Shown here: piece after piece, positions 9,761-19,099 of the stretch
Numbering within the stretch: the stretch's first letter is position 1
How the letters are laid out: each line of letters opens with the position of its first letter
DNA from: Candidatus Babeliales bacterium
Lineage (GTDB): Bacteria; Babelota; Babeliae; Babelales; Vermiphilaceae
Direction of reading: 5' to 3'
Assembly (NCBI GenBank): GCA_963743635.1
Contig: CAVUQO010000002.1
Span: 480,001-544,000 of the forward strand
DNA length: 64,000 nt
The notes under the pieces: model-generated
The model's input: only the letters and a program-made list of their open reading frames with translations
The model's database searches: none
What the model was told of the DNA's origin: nothing
Translations under genes and position numbers: made by a program

Positions 9761-10426
9761 ATGAAAAAAATACTATTACTCACCACGTTGTCAGTATTGG
9801 TTGGAAATCTTAAAGCATCAGATGGTGCTGAGGGCGTAACGCTAGCAGCTCGGATCATTCGCAATATGTGCTTTGATAAAAAATTGGCCGCGGCCATCAC
9901 CTCAGTGAATGATATGATTGCGGAAATGCAACGTAAGCATGTAGAGTATCTACGCAGCAGAGTGGTATCTGATTATTATGTAGGAAGAGACCGTTATATA
10001 ACGACCCATCATTACTATAAAGGTGATGGAGATGTTATTGATAGCATTAATAAATATAAAAAGGCTTTGGAAAATTTAAATAATACGAACTTGCTTTTAG
10101 CAGCGGGTGATGGCGCTCTTTTGGGAGTGCTTGTATCAATGATAGGCAAGACGTTTAAATTGAATGATAAGATGGCTGGCATAGGGTTAGTATTATCTTC
10201 TGCCCTTTTGACGTTAGCTAAAAATAAACAGGTTGGTAAAGTGCCGTATTGGAGTTACCCAACATTAACCAGCGAAGCCAATTATTTTGGATGGGGAACC
10301 AATATCGGTACATTCCTTTGCATTGCGGGTGCAGGAGCTGCGAGTTATTTGGGCACTAACTTTTTAGTAGATGCGCTTTCAGGGAAAGTATCAGGTATTA
10401 ATGATGCCTTGAAAGGCAGTAATTGA
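9761..10426 (+). CDS. Hypothetical protein with signal peptide and C-terminal hydrophobic segments
   Basis: AAGGA RBS, MKKILLL..NLKA signal, three Gly-rich hydrophobic helices. Confidence 0.7.
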   Translation: MKKILLLTTLSVLVGNLKASDGAEGVTLAARIIRNMCFDKKLAAAITSVNDMIAEMQRKHVEYLRSRVVSDYYVGRDRYITTHHYYKGDGDVIDSINKYKKALENLNNTNLLLAAGDGALLGVLVSMIGKTFKLNDKMAGIGLVLSSALLTLAKNKQVGKVPYWSYPTLTSEANYFGWGTNIGTFLCIAGAGAASYLGTNFLVDALSGKVSGINDALKGSN

Positions 10427-10435
10427 GGAGAGAGT

Positions 10436-10639
10436 ATGAAAACAAAAGATTGGATACTTGGCGCAGTTGAAATGGGCGCATGGTATGCATTGGCATATAC
10501 GCTGCTTTATAGCATCAAACATGACGTAAACCTTTATTGGAGTGCGCTGATTATGGTTGCATTGATGTATCTTGGCGGCATTTCATGCCCGATCGTGAGA
10601 CATTTGCAAGCATGGAAAGATATGTGGCGCGAGCAATAG
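10436..10639 (+). CDS. Small two-TM membrane protein
   Basis: GAGGAG RBS, two hydrophobic segments, terminator downstream. Confidence 0.65.
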   Translation: MKTKDWILGAVEMGAWYALAYTLLYSIKHDVNLYWSALIMVALMYLGGISCPIVRHLQAWKDMWREQ

Positions 10640-10658
10640 CGTACACTGATGCAAATAT

Positions 10659-10692
10659 AAAAAGTCCTCCAAAGAAATTTGGGGGACTTTTT
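10659..10692 (+). terminator. Intrinsic terminator
   Basis: aaaaagtcctccaaa-gaaa-tttgggggacttttt. Confidence 0.75.
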
Positions 10693-10776
10693 ATTGACTC
10701 GTGCCTCCTCTTTCGCGTTATGGTAAGCATGTATGCCTTCGGCGCAAAGATGTGAAAGTAAAAAAAGGGGTGAGGA

Positions 10777-12138
10777 ATGAAGATAAGTTTTTTTGGTGGT
10801 GTGGAAGAAGTTACCGGGTCGCGCTATTTGGTTGAAAGTGATGATGTCAAAATTCTCGTTGATTGCGGGCTTTTTCAAGGTGAGCATGATCTTACCAAGC
10901 GCAATTGGGAACGATTCCCGGTGGATCCAAAAACTATTCACGCGATTATATTAACGCACGCGCATATCGATCACACGGGTTATATTCCGGTATTCGTTAA
11001 AAAGGGATTTAGAGGCAAAATATATTGCTCAAAAGCAACCTATGCACTCTGTGCGATCATGTTAATTGATAGCGGGCATTTGCAAGAAGAAGATGCAAAG
11101 CATATCTATGAGCAGGGTGATGCCGATCATGAGCCTGCAGTGCCACTCTATACCATGCAGGATGCGCAGGATTCATTACCGTTCTTTCATGCGGTTGATT
11201 ATGATACCGTCATACAGCTTGGCACATCGTTACAAGCCACACTCATTCGGTCTGGGCACATTCTTGGTTCATCGTTTGTAGTACTCACCGATGGTAAGGA
11301 AACGCTGACATTTTCTGGCGATCTTGGGCGCCCTGAAGATCTTATAATGAAAGCGCCGCCACATTTGAAGAAAACTGATTATTTAGTACTTGAATCAACC
11401 TATGGCGATCGATTGCATGATAAGGGCGATGCAATAGAGGAATTAGGTAAGGCCGTGCATGACACGATGAAACGCGGAGGGGTTCTCATAATTCCGTGCT
11501 TTGCAGTTGGTCGAACGCAAACGATTTTGTATTGTTTGTATCAACTCAAACAAAAGAAAGCTATTCCTGAAAATCTTCCCATTTATTTAGATAGTCCTAT
11601 GGCGATTAAGGTGACAGATTTGTTGTGCACGTTTGGTGACGAGCATACGTTATCGCCAGCGCTGTGTAAGGAAGTGTGCGACGTGGCTCACTATACACCG
11701 ATGGCAGAAGAATCGAAAAAGCTTGATCATCTGACGCATCCGGCAATTATTGTTGCAGGGAGTGGTATGGCAAATGGCGGACGCGTCATACATCATATAA
11801 AACAGTTTGGTGGTGATCGACGCAACACGATATTATTCGTGGGCTATCAGGCGAAGGGCACGCTCGGGCGTGAATTAATTGATGGTCAGAAGCACGTAAA
11901 AATATTTGGTACATTATATCCGGTGCACGCGGATATCAAAATTATGGATATGCTTTCAGCACATGCTGATTATAACGAAATGCTCGAATGGTTGAGCTCT
12001 TTTGAAAAAGCTCCAAAAAAAGTGTTTCTGACTCACGGTGAACTGGAATCCGCGATCTCATTCAAAAAGAAGATTGAAGACCGGTTTGGTTGGTCCGTAG
12101 TGATTCCAAAGTATTTAGAATCTTTTGAGTTGGAGTAA
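10777..12138 (+). CDS. MBL-fold/beta-CASP ribonuclease (YSH1-like)
   Basis: VDCGLFQG, THAHIDHTG, GHILGS, FSGDLG, ESTYGDRLH, FAVGRTQ, SAHAD, LTHGE. Confidence 0.93.
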   Translation: MKISFFGGVEEVTGSRYLVESDDVKILVDCGLFQGEHDLTKRNWERFPVDPKTIHAIILTHAHIDHTGYIPVFVKKGFRGKIYCSKATYALCAIMLIDSGHLQEEDAKHIYEQGDADHEPAVPLYTMQDAQDSLPFFHAVDYDTVIQLGTSLQATLIRSGHILGSSFVVLTDGKETLTFSGDLGRPEDLIMKAPPHLKKTDYLVLESTYGDRLHDKGDAIEELGKAVHDTMKRGGVLIIPCFAVGRTQTILYCLYQLKQKKAIPENLPIYLDSPMAIKVTDLLCTFGDEHTLSPALCKEVCDVAHYTPMAEESKKLDHLTHPAIIVAGSGMANGGRVIHHIKQFGGDRRNTILFVGYQAKGTLGRELIDGQKHVKIFGTLYPVHADIKIMDMLSAHADYNEMLEWLSSFEKAPKKVFLTHGELESAISFKKKIEDRFGWSVVIPKYLESFELE

Positions 12139-12208
12139 GAGCTTAGTTCTTTCACGATCATTAGATTTCCAGCGTATTATCATCAAAAAGCATGAAAAAG
12201 GACAAAAT

Positions 12209-12838
12209 ATGACTTTTTTAGACAAAGTTAATAAAGCAAAAGATTTAATAGCCTTCTCCATACAAAAGTATCCGCGTATTATTGTAGGCTGTTCATTTGG
12301 AAAAGATTCGATGGTAGTACTGCATCTTGCGATTTCTATTAAAAAGGATATCCCAGTATTTGCGGTGTTGTCTGATACTGAGTTTCCTGAGACATATACA
12401 TTCGCGAAAGAGGTTGTGCAGCGATATCACCTGAATTATAAAGAATATGACTTTAAGCAAATTGGAACTGGTGAGCAGTGTTGTGGTGCACCGAAAATCG
12501 AGGCAACCAAGAAAGCCTTAGCAAATTATGATGCGTGGATAGCAGGCATACGCAACACCGAGGGTGTTACTCGTGCGCATTTTAACTATGTGGAGGAAGA
12601 AGCCGGGCTTGTGAAAATTAATCCCATTCTTGAATTTACAGAACTTGATGTTTGGCGTTATTTAGCAGTTTTTGGAGTGCCGGTTAATCCGATGTATGGA
12701 AAAGGGTATCGTAGTCTTGGATGTATGAAATGTTCAACGCCCGAAAAGGATGAATCAGAAACAGAACGCGCGGGAAGATGGCGCGGCACTGCTAAGGCAG
12801 GTGGGGAATGCGGTATTCATACGCATCCATTACGTTAG
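12209..12838 (+). CDS. cysH: APS/PAPS reductase (CysH family, CC + CxxC type)
   Basis: SFGKDS, QCC..PK, KINPI, GYRSLGCMKC, ERAGRW, ECGIH; start at the ATG after AAAGGA. Confidence 0.85.
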   Translation: MTFLDKVNKAKDLIAFSIQKYPRIIVGCSFGKDSMVVLHLAISIKKDIPVFAVLSDTEFPETYTFAKEVVQRYHLNYKEYDFKQIGTGEQCCGAPKIEATKKALANYDAWIAGIRNTEGVTRAHFNYVEEEAGLVKINPILEFTELDVWRYLAVFGVPVNPMYGKGYRSLGCMKCSTPEKDESETERAGRWRGTAKAGGECGIHTHPLR

Positions 12839-12845
12839 GGGAAAT

Positions 12846-13382
12846 ATGAAAAAGAAATCATTAGCATTATCAAAAGTGTATCAGTTGATTGAGCCGGGGC
12901 CTGTTATTATGGTGACGACTGCGCATGATGACAAACCAAATATCATGACGATGTCTTGGCATATGATGATCGATTTTGAACCGCCGCTTGTGGGGCTTGT
13001 GATGAGTAATCGCAATTATTCGTTTAAAGCACTAGAAAAGACCAAAGAATGTGTGATCAATATCCCGACTGTCGAGCTTGCGCATGAAGTGGTAGGCGTC
13101 GGTAATTGCAGCGGATCGAAGGTGGATAAGTTCAAAAAATTTGATCTGACTCCCGAGCCAGCTTCATTAGTTGAGGTTCCGATGATTGCGCAATGTTATG
13201 CCAATCTTGAATGTAAGGTGGTGGATGCCAAGATGGCCACGAAATATAACATCTTTATTGTAGAGGTGGTTAAGGCCTGGATTGCAACGGCAAAAAAGCG
13301 GCAGCGCACCATTCATCACTGCGGCAATGGGGTTTTTGTGGTTGATGGCAAGATCATCAAGCTGCCCTCGAACAAGAAATAG
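12846..13382 (+). CDS. Flavin reductase-like FMN-binding protein
   Basis: EPGPV.MVTT, NIMTMSW, ECVINIP, VGNCSG..VDKF, ANLECKV. Confidence 0.88.
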   Translation: MKKKSLALSKVYQLIEPGPVIMVTTAHDDKPNIMTMSWHMMIDFEPPLVGLVMSNRNYSFKALEKTKECVINIPTVELAHEVVGVGNCSGSKVDKFKKFDLTPEPASLVEVPMIAQCYANLECKVVDAKMATKYNIFIVEVVKAWIATAKKRQRTIHHCGNGVFVVDGKIIKLPSNKK

Positions 13383-13622
13383 CGATTACCTTTGGGATGT
13401 GCAAAACAGCGGCCAATCTACTATTGAGATCCTTTTTGCATCCAGCCTAGGGGGTGCAGATAGTGCCTCTGGGAGCTGAAATGTGCACTCTTAGACCCCG
13501 CGTCGGCCTCTGCCCTGACTTGTGATATTTTTGCAATTTGGTAATATTAGATATGCAAACCTGTCAGAAACAGGGGTGTATCTGGCGTTCGTCTATATTC
13601 TTGGGGAAATGGGAAAATTCTT

Positions 13623-15498
13623 ATGTGTCGAAAAAGATTATCGTTTATTCTTTGTCTTTTAAGTTTTGGCAGTTTTATCGCTGCAAATCAGGTTGTGAAC
13701 TGATAGTTCTGGCGCTGCAAGATTAGCCAATATTCTGGCTAATAATGAGACCGGTCTCGCTGCTTACAATAAAATCAATGTGTCTCCTGCCGATGTTCAA
13801 AACCTTCCGGTGGATCTCTATTTACGAGAAGCAAGCCGGGCTATGGGCTGCAGAACAGTCTGCGGAGAGGCGTATTTAGAAGAAAACTTAAAAAATCCTC
13901 ATAACAGCCAAGATAAAGCGGCTGTGTTGAGAAAACAAAAAATTATCAAAACATTGGTAGAAAATCCTGCGCTCAAGAAAAAAGTTGATGAATTTCTTCT
14001 ACTGGCTCGTGAGTATGAGCAGGACGTCATTACGTTCTATTCAGATACGTTTAAAAATCAACGGAGCGGGGAGCTTGCGCGCTTGGATGTTACCAAGGTT
14101 GAGTATCCGATAATGTATCCCGTATCGAAGTTTTTGACGGCACAAGATTTTGGCAGAAGCATATACACACTCATCACAGCAGGAACGGGTATTTATGGTA
14201 CTGCAAATGGTGTGTTCAAGAGTGTCAGTGATACCGTCTCTTGCGCAGAAAAAGCGTTGGCGGGGACTACTGAAACGATCAAAATTATTGCGCTAAAAAA
14301 AGCGCTTTCGGGCACAACTGAAACCATTCAGGAGTCGACTACTAGTCCTATGGGCTTTGCGCTTCAAGCGGCTGGATCGGGTACTTGGGCGAGCATTTTA
14401 TCCATGACGTTTTGTTACACGCTTTACAGCTTCTATCATGATTATGCTAATGCATCAGTGAAGCGATCGAAAATGCACGGATTGAGTAAATTGGTTGAAA
14501 TTGCCAAAGAAATTGAAGCATTGAGTGCCGAACATTCAATAGAAACGCAGTTTAAGGTGAGCGATATTCAAGATGAAAAAGGTATCGATCTTCTTGATGC
14601 CTTGAATCAGCCTCGCTATACAGAGAAAACGTCTAACTTCTTTGCCTTGCCATTAGTGCATACGATGTCTTATAAATTGTATACCCATGATAAACAGCTT
14701 GCGCCGGTATTTGCCTGCATTGCGGAAATGGATGCCTATAATGCGCTTGCTACGAAAATCATCGAATCAAAAGATGCCACCAATAAGTTTTGTTTTGTGA
14801 ACTTTATAGATGATGCAAAGCCGCGTATTGAGGCAAAATCATTCTGGAACGTGCTCGTTAAAAACGCAGTGGTAAACGATATGAAAGAAGACAAGAATGT
14901 CATTCTAACCGGCCCTAATGCGGGCGGTAAATCAACCGCGATCAGGGCGCTCTTGCTGAATATTGTGTTGGCGCAAACATTTGGCGTTGCAGCAGCTGAA
15001 GAATTTAATCTCACGATGTTTGATGTGATTCATTCATATCTCAATGTGTCAGACGATATTCTCAATGGGGATTCGCTCTTTAAAGCAGAGGTTAAACGGG
15101 CGCAAAGCATTCTGCAAAAAATTAAATCATTAAATCCGAATCAAAAATATTTCTTTGCATTGGATGAATTATTCACCGGTACGGGCGCTGAATATGGTGA
15201 GCAATGTGCACATCAATTTATAAAGCGATTGGCTCATTACAAGAATGTGCAATTTTTATATGCAACGCACTTTGATAAGCTCAAGTTGATGGGTTACACC
15301 AATCCCGCATTTACCAATTATCAGGTTGATGCGCCGACAAAAAATGATGAAGATAAATTGGTATATCCATTTACGTTAAGTCAGGGCGCAAGCACCGTTA
15401 ATATTGCGCTTGATATTGCAGCTGAGGCAGGACTCTTTGATGAAGACGTTGACTATGAAGAAGCAGCTGCGTTGGATGAGCTCTTAGCGGAAGACTAA
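13623..15498 (+). CDS. MutS-related ATPase (domain V, no mismatch-binding domain) with signal peptide; apparent frameshift near 13698
   Basis: GPNAGGKS, SLFKAEV, LDELFTGT, ATHF; upstream frame MCRKRLSFILCLLSFGSFIAA joins across an indel to ..GLAAYNK, matching the paralog N-terminus. Confidence 0.8.
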
Positions 15499-15526
15499 TA
15501 GTCGCCATTCGGTATAAAAACGTTGA

Positions 15527-15562
15527 CCTCGGAAGAATTAATGTTCTTCCGAGGCCTTTTTT
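15527..15562. terminator. Terminator between convergent genes
   Basis: cctcggaagaa..ttcttccgagg plus T-run. Confidence 0.7.
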
Positions 15563-15582
15563 AATTACAATGCGTTATTGGT

Positions 15583-16173
15583 CTAGAATTTTATACCAAG
15601 ACCAGCACCAACGTGCACAGCACTAGCATTTACGTGTTGTTGGAATGAGGCTTGCTGGTACACGTAGTCAATGAATACGTCAACAAACCAGCGTTCGCAA
15701 AATGAGAAATCTAAGCCACTTTTAGCCACAAATCCGATAGACGATTTTGTGCAGGTTGAGCAACCAGAAAATTGAGATTCATCTCTAATACGTATGCCGC
15801 CGAATGTTGGCCCGAGGCCGAGATATCCGGTTAACCAACTGGTGAAATCGTAGGGTGATTTAAGCCCAAAGCTGCCGTTTGTAATCCAGATCGAGGTTGG
15901 GTTGCAAAAGCAGAGTGAATTGCCATGCGCTTGCATGTAATCAATGTTTACCCAGGCTTGCAGGTAGTTGCATACGGTAACTGCGAATTCAGCATCAAAA
16001 TTTCCAGCAGCAGTCCCATAAATATCTCGAAATAAATCACCAGTCGCAATAAATGCAGATCCGCGTACTTTTGCTTCACATTCTACCTTCGCGTTGAGTG
16101 GCGCTTGCAATTGGAGTAACGCTATGCTGAGCGCTGCCGCAGTGAAGCTGCGTTGAATTTGATAACTATTCAT
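15583..16173 (-). CDS. Small outer-membrane beta-barrel protein (OmpA-like)
   Basis: Signal peptide, alternating strands (YLGLGPT, WFVDVFIDY), C-terminal GAGLGIKF. Confidence 0.8.
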   Translation of the reverse strand: MNSYQIQRSFTAAALSIALLQLQAPLNAKVECEAKVRGSAFIATGDLFRDIYGTAAGNFDAEFAVTVCNYLQAWVNIDYMQAHGNSLCFCNPTSIWITNGSFGLKSPYDFTSWLTGYLGLGPTFGGIRIRDESQFSGCSTCTKSSIGFVAKSGLDFSFCERWFVDVFIDYVYQQASFQQHVNASAVHVGAGLGIKF

Positions 16174-16249
16174 TACAGTTCCTTTCGTTTTGTTCCCCGC
16201 CCATTCGATTAGGGCGAACGCAGGAAATGATATTCTTTTTTATCCTTTC

Positions 16250-17908
16250 TTACGCTACCGCCACTGCCACTGGTGCACTTTCTGTGCCACTGCTATTCAC
16301 TGCGGTCACGAAGAAATTACTGCCATTATCACCATTTGTAAGGAATGCATTAAAAGTAAGTGGTGATGTTGCTGATACATTCCCAACGAGCGTTGTTCCG
16401 TTATAAATGTTGTATGAAACGGCGTCCGCGCTTGCAGTCCACGTGATGGTTAAATAGCGTGCGATCTGAAGGAGGAACACGTTGTTTGCGCGTGTGCCGA
16501 CAACGTTGGTGGGGCCAGTTATCGAGCAGTTACCAACAACAATAGTAGTTGGTGGTAGAACGGTGACGGGTGTAGGCGTACTTTCTGAATCAGTGTCATC
16601 GACGGCCGTGATGAATAAATTATCACCAATATAATCAGGCGAAAGCGAGTAAGTATAGATTGTGTATGGAGTGGCGTATGGATCTGCGGACACTGTTGTT
16701 ATTAAGGTATAGCCATCATAAATGTTATATGCAACAACGTCTGATGTACTACTGCCTTGCCAGGTGATCGTAAAAGTTTCATCGATAAGAACCGACCGGC
16801 AATCGACAGTCTTGGTAACTTCGCTCGTTGCATTTGAGGGCGGATTTGGAGGTTGAATTGCTTTGGTTACCGCAACGCCGAGTGGTAAAAATCCTCCAGA
16901 AAAAGAAAGATATGATGTACTGTAACCTGGTGGTACATCAATGGTAGCAAGTGTCTGATCAAATTCAACGGCAGTAAATATTTTTGAATTATCAACTGAG
17001 GCAGCAATGCCAACTTGTTGTGATCCCACGCCAATAGAATCTATCTGAACGGGAGCAGGGGAATACGTCAGATCAATGACGCTTACACTGGTCTCATGTC
17101 CACTTGTTACATATCCATAGTCGCCATTGGGAGTAATTGCCATGAAGAGTGGTTGGTTACCAGGGGCACCAACTGTAATAGGATAACCTGATGTTGTTTT
17201 TACCGTTGGGACATAGCTTGATAAATCAGCAACAGAAAGAGTGCCATTGCTGAAATTACATATGTAAAGATTATCACCACTAGGATCCACTAGGAGGCCA
17301 AACGGTTGATGTATTTGAGATGTATAGTCGCTAATTTGGCCAATGAGATCGGGAGAATTTTGATATGTACCAGAGATGTTATAGTAGTAAATCCTATGGT
17401 AGAGTTGTGATGCTGCATACAGTGTATTGCCGTCTAGTGATATGGCGAGTCCAAAGGGGTTTTCTATGCTTACCGGAGTTCCAACTATGGGTGTAGTATT
17501 ACTATTGAGACCGCTCACGATTTGAATTTGATTGGAGCCCTCTTGTGATATATATGCGGTATCACCATCTTTGCTGAGGACTCCGCTAAAAGCATATGCG
17601 CCTCCTATATCAAGGGTGTACAGTACTGTATTGGTTTTAAGATCAATAGCTGCGAAGGAAGTATCAGAATGGTAGCTCACTATATATGCTTTGGTGAAAT
17701 CGGGTGATATTATAATGACCCGAGAAATCGGGAATGGGATACTAAATGGCGATCCGGTAATTTGCGTATTGGTTATTTGATCAACAACGTACAACAAAGA
17801 AGTTCCGCCACCGACGACGTACGTCCGTGCATTTTGTGTGGCGTCCAATGCGTGCCACGAAATCAGCAGTTGAAAGCTCAGCGCAATTAGATATTTTTTT
17901 ATGTTCAT
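16250..17908 (-). CDS. YncE/YVTN-type beta-propeller with two C-terminal Fn3-like domains
   Basis: Signal peptide; repeats ISPDFTKAY, LSKDGDTAY, ISLDGNTLY, ITPNGDYGYVT; two ITW..S...YNIY domains. Confidence 0.8.
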   Translation of the reverse strand: MNIKKYLIALSFQLLISWHALDATQNARTYVVGGGTSLLYVVDQITNTQITGSPFSIPFPISRVIIISPDFTKAYIVSYHSDTSFAAIDLKTNTVLYTLDIGGAYAFSGVLSKDGDTAYISQEGSNQIQIVSGLNSNTTPIVGTPVSIENPFGLAISLDGNTLYAASQLYHRIYYYNISGTYQNSPDLIGQISDYTSQIHQPFGLLVDPSGDNLYICNFSNGTLSVADLSSYVPTVKTTSGYPITVGAPGNQPLFMAITPNGDYGYVTSGHETSVSVIDLTYSPAPVQIDSIGVGSQQVGIAASVDNSKIFTAVEFDQTLATIDVPPGYSTSYLSFSGGFLPLGVAVTKAIQPPNPPSNATSEVTKTVDCRSVLIDETFTITWQGSSTSDVVAYNIYDGYTLITTVSADPYATPYTIYTYSLSPDYIGDNLFITAVDDTDSESTPTPVTVLPPTTIVVGNCSITGPTNVVGTRANNVFLLQIARYLTITWTASADAVSYNIYNGTTLVGNVSATSPLTFNAFLTNGDNGSNFFVTAVNSSGTESAPVAVAVA

Positions 17909-18012
17909 TTGTTTTCCTTTATTGGAGTTTTACATTCGTATACTTACTGGTGATTTTCACACTTTAGTACGAGTGCGTTGCTGTGTGCAAGAAAATTAAA
18001 AACTTTTATCCA

Positions 18013-18054
18013 AAACAAAACTACCCGAGAATGCATTGGGCTTTCTCGGGTAGT
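18013..18054 (-). terminator. Intrinsic terminator
   Basis: actacccgagaa..ttctcgggtagt preceded by A-runs. Confidence 0.7.
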
Positions 18055-18080
18055 GGTATTTAAAATCAGATTAATGGATC

Positions 18081-18785
18081 TTATGCATGCGCCTTGAGTA
18101 TGATCGGTTTTTGCATGCCATCGGTGAGCGTTAGTTCAAAGTTTGGATTGAACTTTCTTCTTCGCACGAAGACAAGGCCGCTGATGGTCTTGTGCGCATG
18201 CAAGAATTGCTCGTCGAGCGCCTTTTCTTCGAACACTGTATCGATGTAGGCATTTGTTTTCTTGGCATTATGGACCGTAATAGCTACGGGAGCAATGCAT
18301 GCAGCGGCTATTAAAGTGATGGGTAAAATGACGGGAATTACTGGGTAGCTTAGTATAGCACTAGTCACTCCCAGAGTCAGGAAGAAGGTACCCATAGAGA
18401 CACCAGGGACGCCAAATCCTATCGCACGCGATGCTACGCTTAAATGTGCGGCATGTGCAACTTTATCAGCAGGAACTATCGGGAGATTTAAATTTTCAGG
18501 TAAGAAGGAAAGAGTACGATCGGAATGATTGGTCAATGAGATGTAGATCGGCTGATATCCTTTTTCACGTACATTATTACCTAGATAGGCTTTGCATGCT
18601 TTGCCATCAAGGACGGCATATGAGCCTTCGATTGAGCTGTCATTGCTTGAGAAGCTATTGGTTTTTGAGATATCTGAGAGTGATCGGGTTTTGAATTGAG
18701 AACCGCCGCAGCCCGAAAGGATAAGCAGTAGCGCCAGGCAGGCTGATGAGGCGAGAGGTGAAAAAGATGAATGTTTTGTTTCCAT
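18081..18785 (-). CDS. Putative lipoprotein with central hydrophobic hairpin
   Basis: Lipobox LSGC after a hydrophobic stretch; GGAG RBS. Confidence 0.7.
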   Translation of the reverse strand: METKHSSFSPLASSACLALLLILSGCGGSQFKTRSLSDISKTNSFSSNDSSIEGSYAVLDGKACKAYLGNNVREKGYQPIYISLTNHSDRTLSFLPENLNLPIVPADKVAHAAHLSVASRAIGFGVPGVSMGTFFLTLGVTSAILSYPVIPVILPITLIAAACIAPVAITVHNAKKTNAYIDTVFEEKALDEQFLHAHKTISGLVFVRRRKFNPNFELTLTDGMQKPIILKAHA

Positions 18786-19099
18786 TATAACTCCATTTGT
18801 TAGTATCTAAGGGATTTTTAACATGTTTCAGTATACGGACTTTTACATTTTTGGCAACGCAGGGGCTTTTTAGGAGTGGCAGATTGTGCCTTTATACAGG
18901 AGGTTTTAGCCAACTTTGGGCATCATTATATGAACTATCTGAGCGTGCAAAAATGGGCAATAGTGCTCAAAAAAGCCCTAAAGTAAAGCAAAATCCTTGT
19001 TCTATTATTGCAATTTGGTACTCTTGGTGAAGTATGCCCTTATGGGGGTATACCGTATATCTAAGTACATATTCAATTATAGGCGGGGAGCCAGAAAGC

